64,000 nucleotides of DNA from positions 2,790,001-2,854,000 of the forward strand of contig CM022679.1 in NCBI GenBank assembly GCA_012295275.1, read 5' to 3'. Shown one piece after another: positions 38,461 to 52,476 of this stretch (positions are counted from its first letter, which is position 1; each line of letters begins with the position of its first letter). The notes under the pieces are model-generated. The model was not told the origin of the DNA, did not search any database, and saw only the letters and a program-made list of their open reading frames with translations. This DNA comes from Chrysomallon squamiferum. Its lineage: Eukaryota; Animalia; Mollusca. The translations under genes were made by a program, and so were the position numbers.

Positions 38461-40704
38461 GTATCGTTCCATCTCTTCCATTCAAAGCAGGCCAATCCAG
38501 GATGGGTTTGAGGTGAACCGTACTTTTATTTTAAAATGGATACATGGAAGAAATAATTTTAGGTTTGTTTTCATATTGATATAAATACATTCATCGAAAC
38601 ACAATAACAGACAAAATTCTGTTATGGGATGTGTCCTCCATGATTAAAAAAAAAAAATCTTTGTCTAACCTTTTTAAATGTTTCCGGATAATCTTACATC
38701 ACCGGGTCGTGATTTTTGTTTAATTTCTGTTTATCTTGATGTTTTTTTTGTGATTTGTAATTGTTATTATGATTTGGTTTCAGATAATATTTTGAGGTCA
38801 TTACGGTTCAGCTGTAACTAGTCAAAATGTTAACAGTAATTGTCAGGAGACGTGTTAGCGTTGCCTGCTGATGTGTGACGACACAGAAATATCAACTTAC
38901 TCATTGTGTCCGCTATACCATGTTGAAATTGAATCTACTGTTTCTCTTTACATCACGATTTGTTTTCCGCCAGGTTGTACATAGAATAAAAAATACATAT
39001 GACAACCAGGTGTTTGTAACGTTAAAAAAAAACAAAAAAACATTCAAACAGTTTTAAAGTGCGTCTCTGCTATTAAATGCTTTCCAAAACAAAACAGATG
39101 TATAGACTGGTAACACATTGATAGTTCTTGTCATGAAAAAAAAGTGAGACTTCTTTGTTGTTTTTGTATCTTTGTCGAGTTTTTAAATTCGACGCTTGGT
39201 TGTGACGAGTCTTCTTATCGCCAAGAGAAATTTTGCAAAGTCAGAATTCGGTGAAAAAATTAATAAATTACTATATATGTATGTATAATAATTTCCATCC
39301 ATATGTGTCTGTGTGTGTACGTACGTACACATGTATGTATGGATGTATGTAGATAGGTAGGTATGTGTAATGAAGTATGTCTGTACATTTATGTCGCATG
39401 TACTAAGGTGTAAATAGAGTTCTATTTTATTCTTAGCTGCAGCAGAGCTCAACAACCTCATTAACTCTCTGTCTCTCAGTAAACAAGAATTACTCGGTGT
39501 CTTGGTCGAAGTATTCTTACAGTGGCAGTCTTCTTCCCGTGACAGCTCAAACACCTGGATTCACTTGCTTGGACAAGTCAGAATTATTTAATGGAACAGT
39601 TAGTTTTCAGCGATATTTAAACCGAGCGCTGATCCAAATGTGATTGAGTTAGACTGAATTTCAAATACTTCAGAAACATTATACTGTATTTCACTAATTG
39701 TGATATACAATTACTAGATATTGACTCCTAATTTAACTCTCAAGTGATAGAGGTTGTTGTTTATAATTCGTTGTTTGTGCAGTTTTCTTTATTCACTAGC
39801 CACTTGGCGAGTAAATGTAAACTGCTGTTTTGAGTCTGATATTATAAACAGTTAAACCTATTCTACTTGACTGTCTTTTGTTTCTTTCAAGTCAGTGTTT
39901 CTCAGCGTATCCTAAGTTACTCTTTATCTGATAAACTAATTTTATTAAATACTACTAAATAATATCATTATCAAATTTAAAGCGTGTGATGCGTGTTTAC
40001 CGAGGTTTAACGCATGTACATCATTGTACTACTGCTGAACAACACCAGTCATTGGACAGACATTGATTTTATTATTATATAATATTATTACCAGTATGGA
40101 GGCGATTACATATCAACAATTAAGTATAAATGCTAACTTCCGAGGAGAACTATCACTCTGGCAAAAAAAAAAATTCAGAAGTGCTTTTTTCAGTTCCTGA
40201 AGATTTTACAAACGACAGTCACTGAAATAATTACCTTTATTTTGATTTGCTTGATGATTTTAAAACAGGCAAGAATTTCACTGTTGTGAAAACTGCCAAG
40301 CGCTTTGTTTAGTTAGCAAGAGTTCACTGCATCTCTGCTAGATCCGCTGCTTAAAATACATAAACACGACAAGTACAGCCACTGAACTGAGCTTTATTGA
40401 CACTCAAACATAGTTTTTTCTTTATCTATGTGTTCATTTTTATTTAATACGAAAATCAGTTTCTGTCCCAACATATTATTGTTTTATTAAATACGAAAAT
40501 CAGTTTCTGTCCCAATATATTATTATTTTATTTTTTCTCCCAGTTAACCTTGTATAATAGTGAACAATTAGGCAACAATTTCCTTTCTTTTCCTGTTTAC
40601 GCGTATTATCATAGAATAAGCACAACATTTTTTATGATAAATTAAATCATTCGTTAACAGTTGATGTACGTCAAACAGCAATTAACACGAAACGTTCACA
40701 GTTT

Positions 40705-41211
40705 CTAGCCTATAACCAGTTTATGTTTTCCTTCTATTCTGTAAGCACCGTCTTCAAGAACTGGTTCTGCAATCTGCATTAGCAGCCGGCGTACGTCAAA
40801 CGAAGAACTAGGGACAAGACGGTCTGTGGCTTCCAGAAATTGGTACGAATCTTCAGCTCTGCTCGATGTTACAATTGCTGAGAACGCATGACCGGGCGAT
40901 ATAGGATTTCTGTTGTCTTCTTGCAGTAGACATCTGTACATCTGTTCCAGTTGTGCGACATGTCTCAACGAGACATCCGTTCCAGACGCCAAAGGGCAGT
41001 TTGGTGACATCCATCGGTGGAAACTGTTTATAGCAATTTCAGAAACGATGTTACCCGCAGCAGCTACCGCCAAGTGACACACGTGGCACCGGATCGTTCT
41101 CGACTCCTCATCATAATATAATCCTGCATTAGCTATGTTTATGGGCCTACATTGACCTAAATTAGGGAATATCTCCGGTCCGTGAATCTCATTGTCGTTA
41201 ATCCACGCCAT
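40705..41211 (-). CDS. Single-BIR IAP-like protein 1 (degenerate BIR N-terminus, no RING), 168 aa
   Basis: ANAGLYY...IRCHVC-x19-HRWMSPNCP retains the CCHC zinc ligands but has lost R..TF. The C-terminal half is near-identical to the paralogues at 44852 and 56855. Confidence 0.65.
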   Translation of the reverse strand: MAWINDNEIHGPEIFPNLGQCRPINIANAGLYYDEESRTIRCHVCHLAVAAAGNIVSEIAINSFHRWMSPNCPLASGTDVSLRHVAQLEQMYRCLLQEDNRNPISPGHAFSAIVTSSRAEDSYQFLEATDRLVPSSSFDVRRLLMQIAEPVLEDGAYRIEGKHKLVIG

Positions 41212-41801
41212 GTTAGCTTTATTTTACAATACGTACAGACAGTCTAGCTGAGATAAATAAACAACCTGAAAAGAAAACAGAAAAGATCAAACGTTTAATA
41301 GTTTTTTTCAGTGTATAATCGCAAAGAAATTACTTTAAAAATTATTTAAAAGAAAATAACGAGAGAGATACAGAAAGACAGACAGAGATAGAGAGAGGGA
41401 TGATAGAGAGAGCCAGAGGGAGAGAGATAACAGAACCACTGAAAGAGGTAACAGATAGATAGAGAGACAGAGAAAGAAATAGAGATGATAGAAAGAGAGA
41501 TATATAGAGAATGAATGGGACATGAGAGTGTAAGAGATGAAGTGTGATATAATGACAGAGAGATGTAGTACAGTTAGTGTTAGTAGTCGAAGAAATAACA
41601 GGAACTGATAGGACAGCAGTAGTAATAATAGTTATGACATTACTGTAGTAGAATTAATTTACTGATTCTGTGTTAATGTGTATTATATAAACGGCAGGCA
41701 AATCAAAAAGCCACAGAAAGGAAATTTGTGTTCAAACTTACTGAGACGTACTGTGATGATTAACACAATTTTAGCAATATGTCAAACAACAGCAGTCTAT
41801 C

Positions 41802-41833
<32 letters not shown>

Positions 41834-42036
41834 AATGTTTATTACATGTATTTGTTTTTGTTTTGTTTGTTTGTTGTTGTTGTTTTCTACTTTTTAAAAA
41901 TATTATTCCAATGCAATTAGATATTAAATGTTGTTTAAGAAAAAACCTAAGAAACAAAAATATATTAAAAATAAAATAAAATAAAATAAAATAAATAATA
42001 ACAAATAAACAACTAAAAAAACAAAAACAAAAACTA

Positions 42037-42082
<46 letters not shown>

Positions 42083-42487
42083 TAATAAAATAAAATAAAT
42101 AAATAAAAACAAGTTAGAAACCCTGCAACAAATCCACATCGAGACTAATGCGAAAATAGAAAAAAGACAATACATTACCTGTAGTCTTTTGTTTTCTCTA
42201 TAAAACTCTGATTTCGCCTGAATGAAACTGTCATTCACATGTAACTGTCACAATGACAATGACTACTGTCATAAACTGTATGATCACAGTACAGAGAAGA
42301 ATGTATTACAGATATATAATAACAACGACATGACCCTTCTCAAGAAGCAGTAATCAAGTGATTTACACTCTGGGCAATTCTATTTTGCGTTTTATGAAAT
42401 CATGTATAGATTTATCAAAAAAATTCATTAAATTATGAACTAATTAAAATAAGAGTAGAAAGTTATAACTTACCTGGCCTCACTTAC

Positions 42488-42529
42488 CTGTTTGTCGGTA
42501 AATGGGGATTTCCACCTGGGGAAAACACC
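42488..42529 (-). promoter_or_regulatory. Short 5' non-coding exon of BIR1 containing a consensus kappaB site (GGGGATTTCC, 42504-42513)
   Basis: The block cag-GTGGAAAT...ACAAACAG|GTAA is conserved upstream of all four BIR ORFs (42515-42488, 43604-43632, 56258-56286, 58920-58946). Confidence 0.5.
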
Positions 42530-44851
42530 TTTAATTACTCAACAGTGTCTCCTCTGTAATTTAATAGTTGAAGGATACATGTAAACATTGCGGTGATCAA
42601 TAGAATAAAAATAATAATAATAAATAATAATAAATTCATTTTTAATAAAAATACCAAGTAAAAAGAGAGAAAAATTAATAAACTTCTTTAAACGTTACTT
42701 ACACATCAGAATATTAAAATGTTTGGCACATCGATCATTCATTTTACAAAAAGATGACATCATTTCCTGCTTTCAAATAATACCACTATAGTGTCGCGTG
42801 ACTTGTACGGGTATATGTATCTCAATACAACACACTATTTAAACGGCCCGTATTATGTATATTAAATCGGGTCAAATAATAATATCTAAGAAAGAAAATG
42901 AACATACTTCTGTATGCAAATGCCGTATCTACTTTTTTAATGGGTCAAACTAAAAAATCAACAATAAATATGTTCTCACTGACATGCGAGTTGTTACCTC
43001 AATCATTACACTGAGCTCCTCTAGATTATTTGGAAACCGATTATTATCGTATAGATGGTGTGGATGTCTCTTACCGCATAAAGTATGCAAATATGATAAA
43101 CATTGAAATAATCCATGTATTGAATGTCTGTAAATAATTAATAAAGAAAGTATTCGTCTAAAAATGTGTTTTTTCACAAAAAGCAATCACTGCTACTTCG
43201 TGAGTTTACCAATGGCTTCCATGTTCTACAGGTGACTTGGTTCTTTGTGACTATGCAATTACCGTATCTTCTTTTTTATTACGTAAAGTATTAGTTAAAA
43301 CAGATTAAATTAATCTACAGTATTATATTAATGTTTACTTCCTTCAACTGTTATATTTAACTGTCTTATATTATATGGCAATATGGAGCGGATATTATAC
43401 CTGTGCCACAGGGAACAGGTACGAGGTGATCTTTGTAACTGTTTGATAAGTATGGTGGATAAGTAATTTAATGGTTTCGTAATGAAATCTTATCTCTGGC
43501 TCTGCAGTCAATCAGTGATGAGTGGAGAGATTATCGTCAGTTATCGACGTGTCCTCTGTAATTTGTCCTCCGTTCCGGTTGAGTAATGAAGCTGTCTCCC
43601 CAGGTGGAAATCAATACCATACTGACAAACAGGTAAATGTTTATTTATTTATTTAATTTATTTTATTATTATTATTTTTTTAATTTATTTTTGTTTGGCT
43701 GTTTTTTTCTTAATATATAATTGTGTTGTAATAATATTTTTAAAAAGCATAAAATAATAAAATAAAAAAAACATACACCCACATGTAGTAAACATTCTAA
43801 AATGATATAACATTGTTCTCCTTGTTTAGTGTCACAAATAAATCCGTGATTTCAATACTTCATCTGAGGTTTTGGAATAATTATCTGAGAATTTAATAAC
43901 TTATGTATATAGTAGTAGATGTACTGTTACTATTTATAGTGACTGTACTTAGTGATAGAAGTTACAACAGTTGTAGCAGTAATAGCAGAAACTAGTTCAT
44001 ATTTTTTCTTTCTATTTCCTTGTTGAAATTAGCAAGAAAACAGAAAGATATCACATAACTATACCAATGACATACTTGTCTTCTGATATTTTTATCAAGT
44101 TCAAATCAGTTTTACATATATCGTGACATTGTAGTGATTACTGATTTTTCGCCTAGGTAAGTTGGAAAAATAATTTCTCTTCTGTGTCTTATTAATTTGC
44201 CTGCCGCTTATATAATAATACACGTTAACACAGAATCAGTAAATGAATTACTTTAGATGTACTACTATTACTACTAGCATTACTTTTCTACTGCTGCTAC
44301 TCTAACTGCAAGCGATACCAAAACCACTACAACTACGGCCACTACTACTACTACTACTACTATTATTACTTCTGCTGTCCTATTTCTTCGACTACCAACA
44401 CTAATTGTACTACATCTCTCTGTCATTATGTCACACTTCATCTCTTACACTCTCAGTCCCATTCATTCTCTACATATCTCTCTTTCTATCATCTCTATTT
44501 CTCTCTCTGTCATTATGTCACTCTTTATCTATCTCTCTTACACTCTCACTCCCATTCATTCTCTATATATCTCTCTTTCTATCATCTCTATTACTCTCTC
44601 TATCTATCTGTAACCTCTTTCACTGGTTCTGTTATCTCTCTCCCTCTAGCTCTCTCTATCTCTATGTGTATTTCTGTATCTCTCTCGTTATTTTCTTTTA
44701 AACACTTCTTAACGTAATTTCTTTCCGATTATAAACTGAAAAAACTATTAAACGTTTCATGTTTTCTGTTTTCTTTTCAAACTGTTTATTTTTTTTTTCT
44801 CTCTCTCTCTTTATGCTAAACAGTCTGTACGTATTGTATAATAAAGCTAAC

Positions 44852-45415
44852 ATGGCGAGGATTGTTTGGAATAAGGACATTGAGCTTTGCCGACTACGGA
44901 CATTCCAGACATGCCCTGATATAGGTCAACGTCGGGCCAAGAAGCTGGCTAGTGCAGGATTACACTATGATGAAGAAAGGAGAGAGATCCGATGTCACGT
45001 GTTTGACAGGGGGGTAGCTGTGAGTGAGATCGACCCTGAAACTGATGACAACAGTCTCCACCTTCGGCTGTCACCAAACTGCCCTTTGGCGTCTGGGACG
45101 TATTCTCGTAATGTTCCCATTCAGAATGAAATGTCGCTGAGACATGTCGCACAATTGGAACAGATGTACAGACGTCTACTGCAGGAAGACAACAGAAATT
45201 CTACGTGTCCCGATCATGCGTTCTTCCGCCAGGAATCCTCAGCAATTGTAACATCAAGCAGAGCTGAAGATTCGTACCAATTTCTGCAAGTCACAGACCG
45301 TCTTGTCCCGAGTTCTTCGTTTAACATACACCAGCTGCTGATGGAGATTGCAGAACCAGTTCTTGAAGACGGTGCTTACAGAATAGAAGGAAAGCATGAA
45401 CTGGTTATAGGCTAG
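44852..45415 (+). CDS. Single-BIR IAP-like protein 2 (second zinc-ligand Cys>Phe), 187 aa
   Basis: ELCRLRTFQTCP...KLASAGLHYD...IRCHVF-x18-HLRLSPNCPLASG..NVPI. The likely start is ATG 44852 in the conserved aaagctaacATGG context. Confidence 0.7.
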   Translation: MARIVWNKDIELCRLRTFQTCPDIGQRRAKKLASAGLHYDEERREIRCHVFDRGVAVSEIDPETDDNSLHLRLSPNCPLASGTYSRNVPIQNEMSLRHVAQLEQMYRRLLQEDNRNSTCPDHAFFRQESSAIVTSSRAEDSYQFLQVTDRLVPSSSFNIHQLLMEIAEPVLEDGAYRIEGKHELVIG

Positions 45416-46426
45416 AAACTGTGAACGTTTCGTGTTAACCCAGTGGCGGATCCAGAAATAAAATTGGGGGGTGGTGGCTAGATTGGGATGGAGTGAACTT
45501 TCTGGGAGTCCAGTTGTTTCTCAAAGACGATGAACAAAGCACATAACAAACTGATTTTCGTATTTAATAAAACAATAATATGTTGGGACAGAAACTAATT
45601 TTCTTTTTTATTTATTTATTTATTTTAACTTTATTCTTTTTTCGTGTTTTCTTTCTTTCATTCTAACGTTTTCTTTTTTATTGTTTTTTCTTTCATCTTC
45701 AAAATACACATAAAATTATTTTGTATTCTCTTTCACTAAAACTGACTATAAATTAAACAACATGTTTTGAATGTTGTTCGCTAGTTTTGTCTCTTACCTT
45801 TTACAGCGTAGCAAAAAAAAACAAAAAAAAAACAACAACAACAAACAATATCGTACGCTATGTTTCGTTTCTCTTCGCGATAAAGATTAACGTAATAACG
45901 TATAACCGTCATATAAATAGAATACCACATACCTTCGCTATATTATTACTTCCTATTTCGATATAGTGGCTGGAGTCTGTTGTTTAATTTCGTAGCAAAA
46001 ACAAAACAAACAAACAAAAAAACAACAACAACAAACAATATCGTATGCTATGTTTCATTTCTCTTCGCGGTAAAGATTAACGTAATAACCGTCATATAAA
46101 TAGAATACCACATATATTCGCTATATTATTACTTCCTATTTCGATATAGTGGCTGAAGTCTGCGGTTTAATTTCATATCATGTCCTCGAATCCCCACTGT
46201 TTGTCGGATAACTGATACGTTTATCAAAAAGAGAAAGTCACAGGTGATGATCCACAAGTAAAATAATTAAAAAAGATAAACCATGTTATAGTCAGTATCA
46301 TTAAAGTAAACACTTATTCCGAGTCCAAGCCTCTTTTTAAATATGTCGCAGCTTATGTACACGTCAGTGAAATATGATTGTTCAGCGTCGGTATACATTC
46401 GCCGGACACAATACAAATCATACAGA

Positions 46427-46625
46427 ATGGCAAATGCTCAGGTAAATTTTCGATTTGTGCCGAATACTCAGGATGGTGACAATTTGATGTACTGTGGCTA
46501 TATGTTTAGAATAAAAAAATCGCTGGCGATGTTGCCATAATGACTGCAGCTAACATCAACAAAGCGGATAATGTAATCACAAGCTATAGAAACGTATGTA
46601 GCCATCCATCACATGACAGCAGCAT
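46427..46625 (+). mobile_element. Decayed FLYWCH zinc-finger / MULE-type transposase fragment
   Basis: FRFVPNTQDGDNLMYCGYMFRIKK, then after a frameshift RWRCCHNDCS and ...SHP, fits the FLYWCH pattern (F..G..L...GY.F....W.C....C...H.H). Confidence 0.5.
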
Positions 46626-47064
46626 TACGGTCAACATGCTTAACTGCTACAATAATGTATAACAATAGCTGCTAACCTCAAATGTTGGAGATTTTTCAAT
46701 AGCAAAAGTGCCCTCCTCGCCTGTATGAAGTCGTGTATTTTGAGAAACAAAAATACGTTATGAGAAGAAATATTAATTATTTTATCTGTCCAGAAAACAT
46801 GTGAAGAACTTTATAATCATTAAAAACAATCCCACTCATGTGGAGATTTTATAAGTTGGCGAAGAAGACTGCAACAGAAATACAGAAATATTTTCTTACT
46901 CCAGTAAATAAAATGTATTAAGCGACATCTTTTTATAACATTTCACAATATTCATTTCAAGATTTTTAACGGTTTTAAAGTTTGTTTCACTGACAGATAA
47001 ATTATTAGATATTTTTACCAACAAACAGAAGTAAGAGATGCCAGCTGTTACACCGCTTTAAGAA

Positions 47065-47165
47065 ACCGATATGTGAGACACCTAACAACCGATATGTGAA
47101 ACACCTAATAACAGATATGTGAGAGATTTAGTAACCGTTATGTGTGTCACCTAATAACTTTTATG
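47065..47165. repeat. 23-bp tandem repeat (gatatgtgagacacctaataaca), also at 63665-63790
   Basis: 4-6 units. The flanks 45690-45960 and 46850-47170 are shared with 62580-62830 and 63450-63830. Confidence 0.85.
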
Positions 47166-47176
47166 TGTGACATTGT

Positions 47177-47212
<36 letters not shown>

Positions 47213-47222
47213 ACAGAGAAAA

Positions 47223-47258
<36 letters not shown>

Positions 47259-48314
47259 GTTTCTACGAGTGTACATGTGTTTGTATGTGAATAATTAATA
47301 CCTCCGCTACAGACACACTAACTGAGGCCCTCAAACTGAAAGAAGTGTTTTCTGACTTAAAGGAAACACACACTATCTAGCCACTGTTTACCTTTCATTC
47401 AATCAAATGATAAAGTGTAATGAAGAGTTCAGGCATTGTGATTAGTCATGTTTTTCATTCAAGTCATGCTTGAACACGCATTAAAATGATTTTATCATCA
47501 CAGTGTTGAACCAGACACTGCCTAATACGGACAGAGAAGTTCAAGTTATGTCAGCGAACAAAACGTAACACCCGTCATGGTAACATCTCTGTCACATACA
47601 ATTATGTAATATTATTTTTCTCACATGTTGTTTTCAAACAAGTCTGTTACTCGGGGTGAAGTTCCTTGAAGTTCGACTCTAGCATGTATATATGAATGTA
47701 TGTATCTATGTATGTATATTTGTATGTATGTACGTATATATGTTTGTATGTATATAAGATTGTATGTCTGCATGTATGTTTGTGTAATGAAGGATGGATG
47801 GATGTACACAGACAGGTAGGTAGGTGTGTACGTACATCTCATCAGAAATGGAATTTTATCATCCTCCAGGAATTCACGCCAGCGTATTATTTCTAACTTC
47901 AGTACACAGATTTATTAAGCACATATGAAAACCTATAACTATGAATATTCAGTACGTTTTTATTCTTTATAAATAGATATAACATCACATACTTATTTCT
48001 TCCAGTCCGTCTATCTTATCTTCTTTTTTATCAGTGTTATCTAACTAAGAAAGTTATTTATTTACATATAAAATTTATACCCTGTTGACAAATGAAAGTA
48101 AAATGTTTTACGACACAACACAATGTACGTGAATCGTTACGTCACAGTTTGTTTGCAGGACGGTCTCATCAACGTCTCACTCGACATTTTGGACGTTAGC
48201 GTGACTTAGTTGCCAACAACTTGCGATCGCGTCTAAATGAACTTCACGTCAAGATGGCACCATTTTACTGTAAAACCAAAATCCATTATTTCTACTATTT
48301 AGAAAAAGACGTCG

Positions 48315-51300
48315 TCACAAAGGCCCCGTTCTGAAGCAGTACTGGCCCTGGTACTGCGGCAAGAATTGTTTCTTCATGGCCTCCTGTCTCAGTTTTCGCT
48401 TGACGATCTGTCGATACAGTTTCGCTCTGTGCGCTTTCCAGTTGACATAGTCTTGTAAGTTTCTCTGTAGATATTCCTCTGTCGGGAACGGACATTCCTA
48501 CAAATAAATAAATGAATATTTATAACATCTAAACGCATTGCAGTATTAATCATTATTTCGTGCCTTAGTCACTTGTGTAATCGTATTTAAGGAAATGCAC
48601 GTAGGTCTTCTTGTACGTTCGAGTCTCGTTAGAGGTATCTGACGGGTTTGTGAGGTCGTGACTGGACTTTGTCCTCCTGCTCCAATGCGTTCCCGAATAT
48701 TGTCTATGTGCAGAGTCTAATCAGACGTACATAAGACCGAGAATATTCAAAATCCTAAACTACATACATACATACACACACATACAAACATACACATTCA
48801 TAAAAACACATTCATATATGCATCCATAAATATATATTTATATATATACAAAGTACACACATAGAGACAGACAGACACATACATATATACACTAGGTATG
48901 CAACGTTATTCAAAATAAAATGGTTACACTCACTGTTTGTCTGAGATGTCTCATGGAAGACTCAGACGCTTTTTCCAAGAAGAATTTCTTAGACATGACA
49001 ATACACTCAGCTCCGTTACTGACCAAGTACAGACTGGGCTGCTCCGGGTAAACCATGTTACTGACACCCTGTACGTTAATTAACGAATAAACTCTGTTAA
49101 TTACGTCCTGTGCGTTAATTAACGAATAAACTCTGTTAATTACATCCTGTACGGTAATTAATGAATAAACTCTGTTAATTACATCCTGTACGTTAATTAA
49201 CGAATAAACTCTGTTAATTACATCCTGTACGTTAATTAACGAATAAACTCTGTTAATTACATCCTGTACGTTAATTAACGAATAAACTCTGTTAATTACA
49301 TCCTGTACGTTAATTAACGAATAAACTCTGTTAATTACATCCTGTACGTTAATTAACGAATAAACTCTGTTAATTACATCCTGTACGTTAATTAACGAAT
49401 AAACTCTGTTAATTACATCCTGTACGTTAATTAATGAATAAACCACGTTACTGACATCCTGTACGTTAATTAATGAATAAACCACGTTACTGACATCCTG
49501 TACGTTAATTAACGAATAAACTCTGTTAATTACATCCTGTACGCTAATTAATGAATAAACCACGTTACTGACATCCTGTACGTTAATTAACGAATAAACT
49601 CTGTTAATTACATCCTGTACGTTAATTAACGAATAAACTCTGTTAATTACATCCTGTACGTTAATTAACGAATAAACTCTGTTAATTACATCCTGTACGT
49701 TAATTAACGAATAAACTCTGTTAATTACATCCTGTACGTTAATTAATGAATAAACCACGTTACTGACATCCTGTACGTTAATTAATGAATAAACCACGTT
49801 ACTGACATCCTGTACGTTAATTAACGAATAAACTCTGTTAATTACATCCTGTACGCTAATTAATGAATAAACCACGTTACTGACATCCTGTACGTTAATT
49901 AACGAATAAACTCTGTTAATTACATCCTGTACGTTAATTAACGAATAAACTCTGTTAATTACATCCTGTACGTTAATTAATGAATAAATCGTATTACTGA
50001 ATCCTGAACGTTAACTAACGAATACACCATGTTAATTACATCATGTACGTTAAGTAACGAATAAATCGTGTTAATTACATCCTGTACGTTAATTAATGAA
50101 TAAACCCTGTTAATTACGTCCTGTACGTTAATTAAAGAATGAACCGTGTTACTGATATCCTGCTATGATGAATTAATATCGCCTCGATCTATTTCTATAT
50201 TAACATTTAAAAGATAGAAAACTACTTTCATTTATTTGTTAACTTATATTCATATTTATTTATTGTTAGACATTGTCATCATCATCATTAATAATAATAA
50301 AATAGTATTATTTAGAGCGGAACAATGGCGTATTTGTGTCCATCAGTGGTTGCTGCTGATTGTGTTGTACTTACTCCGGTAATATTTCAGTTATGTTCAC
50401 AAACTGGAAAGTTTTATATTTGTCCCCACTAGCTCCAGTTAAACACTGCCGAACAGACGTGCAGTTTTTGTTCTTTTTAATAATATTATCATGCTATTGT
50501 TTGCTAGTGTCTGTGTATGTGTGTGCATGTGTATGTGTGCGTATATGTGTGTATGTATGAGTGTATGTGTGTCTGTGTGTGTGTATGTGTGTGTGGTGTC
50601 AATGATATTTGTTATTTTTTTTTACATCAGTATTGCAGAACGGATTGCTACACAAGGGAGATTACTCCAGTCACTGACTACTGATTCCAGGAGTCAAGAC
50701 TTAATGTTTCCAGTGTGTATGTGTGTGTATGTTTATATGTTTGTGTGTGAATGCTGTGTTGTGATTGTGGGTGTATGTGTGTGTTGTGTCTATATGTTTT
50801 TTGATTTTATGTTTGTGCATATATATGTATGTGTGTATTTATGTAATTTTGTGTATATATGTGATATATATATATATATATACAAATACACACACAAACA
50901 CATACATACATACATACATATATATATTTATATCTTAATACTATATATATCTGTAAGAGTATTAGTGTGTATGTGTTGTGTGCATGTACTGTGTGTTTAT
51001 GTATGTGTTTGTGTATGATGTTTCTGAAAATACAGAATTATCAGAAGTTATAAAACAGACATCGAACGGAAAAGAAAAAAAGTTATGAGTCATGACGTGA
51101 CATTTGCCTGTCTGGATTGGCTACAGAACATAAATATAAGCTAACTGAGATTCAAATTCGAGTAAACCTGTCTTGTAAATAAATTACTGGTAATGTTAAT
51201 GTGTATTTATTTTATATCAGTTCAACATTTTAACATATTCAGTGCATATAAAGTGCACTTTTAGTGATATGAAGGAAAAGTCAAAATGTATTCTACACAC

Positions 51301-51395
51301 TTCAAACACACATAGTTGTACAAACAGAAACTAGAGAGAGAGAGAGACAGACAGATATACAGATAGACAAACAGACAGATAAATAGATAGGAAGA

Positions 51396-51439
<44 letters not shown>

Positions 51440-52438
51440 TAGGGAGATACAGAGACAAATAGACAGACATATATAGATGGGCAGACAGACAGATAGAGAG
51501 ATTCAAAGACAGAGAGACAAACATACAGACAGACACACTGTCTGATGTTAACACGTTTTTAACACATTTATTAATGTTTTGTGCGTCTTGTAGAATAAAT
51601 TCTAACGAATTACAAGCTGAAATCACTCATGAATTACCTATTCTTGTAAACAAACATTTTTATCAAATTACAAAATATTCGTCTTGAAAATAAAGTTCTA
51701 ATAATAAGAAATTACCGAAAAATACTCGTCATATACATACATACATACATACATACATACATACATACATACATACATGCATGGATCTATATATATATAT
51801 ATATATTATTTATTAATTTATTTTAAATTTTAACCTGAATAATAATAACAACAATAATATAATAATAATAACAATAATAATAATAACAATAATAACAATA
51901 ATAATAATAATAACAATAATAATAAAATCAAATAAATACGATTCCAGCAGGAAGTTGAAAGCAAACTACTTACAAAATATTGTCCTCTTTCTATGACTTG
52001 AACCATTATATACATGGGGTGAAGGTCAGCCTCGGTGAAAACGAAATCTCGCTGACCTTTGCTGTCCAGTTCTTCCGCTATCGTCTTTCTTCCCTCGCGC
52101 TGAATAAACTTCCGTTCGTATTCTGATTGCAAAAAATTATTAACGGTGACAGGTGTTAAATAGATTTCTAACGAAGCGAATGAATGAATGTTTAACGAAA
52201 GCTCTAGAAATTCTATTAACTTGTTTTATATAGTTACAATTATAAACAGAGAGCAGATATTTAACATCCCTCGACCTCTTTCTAAACAGAAATAAAAGAA
52301 GTAGAAATCAGATATTATATCCGTTGATAAACCAGTGGTGTGGTTTATGATCTACGCTGATATTTTTAATTCTTTTTATTTTATTTATTTATTTATTTAT
52401 TTACATCATTTTATTACTATTATTATTATTATTATTAT

Positions 52439-52476
<38 letters not shown>

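Noticed and set aside
44852-44866. N-terminal IAP-binding motif after Met removal (ARIV, ASSI, AWIN)
   Set aside because: Only the Ala matches the A-(V/T/I/K)-(P/A/E)-x consensus, and it is not conserved between copies.
45380-45415. AG|GAAAGC near the end of the BIR ORFs as a non-canonical GA donor leading to more IAP exons
   Set aside because: No downstream BIR/UBA/RING exon was found; the stop is conserved in all four copies; GA donors are very rare.
48910-49875. 321-aa repetitive ORF as a stand-alone gene, or the array as CRISPR
   Set aside because: It is a head-to-tail minisatellite without unique spacers in a eukaryote. The ORF has a non-ATG start, and only its last 45 or so codons are a real exon.
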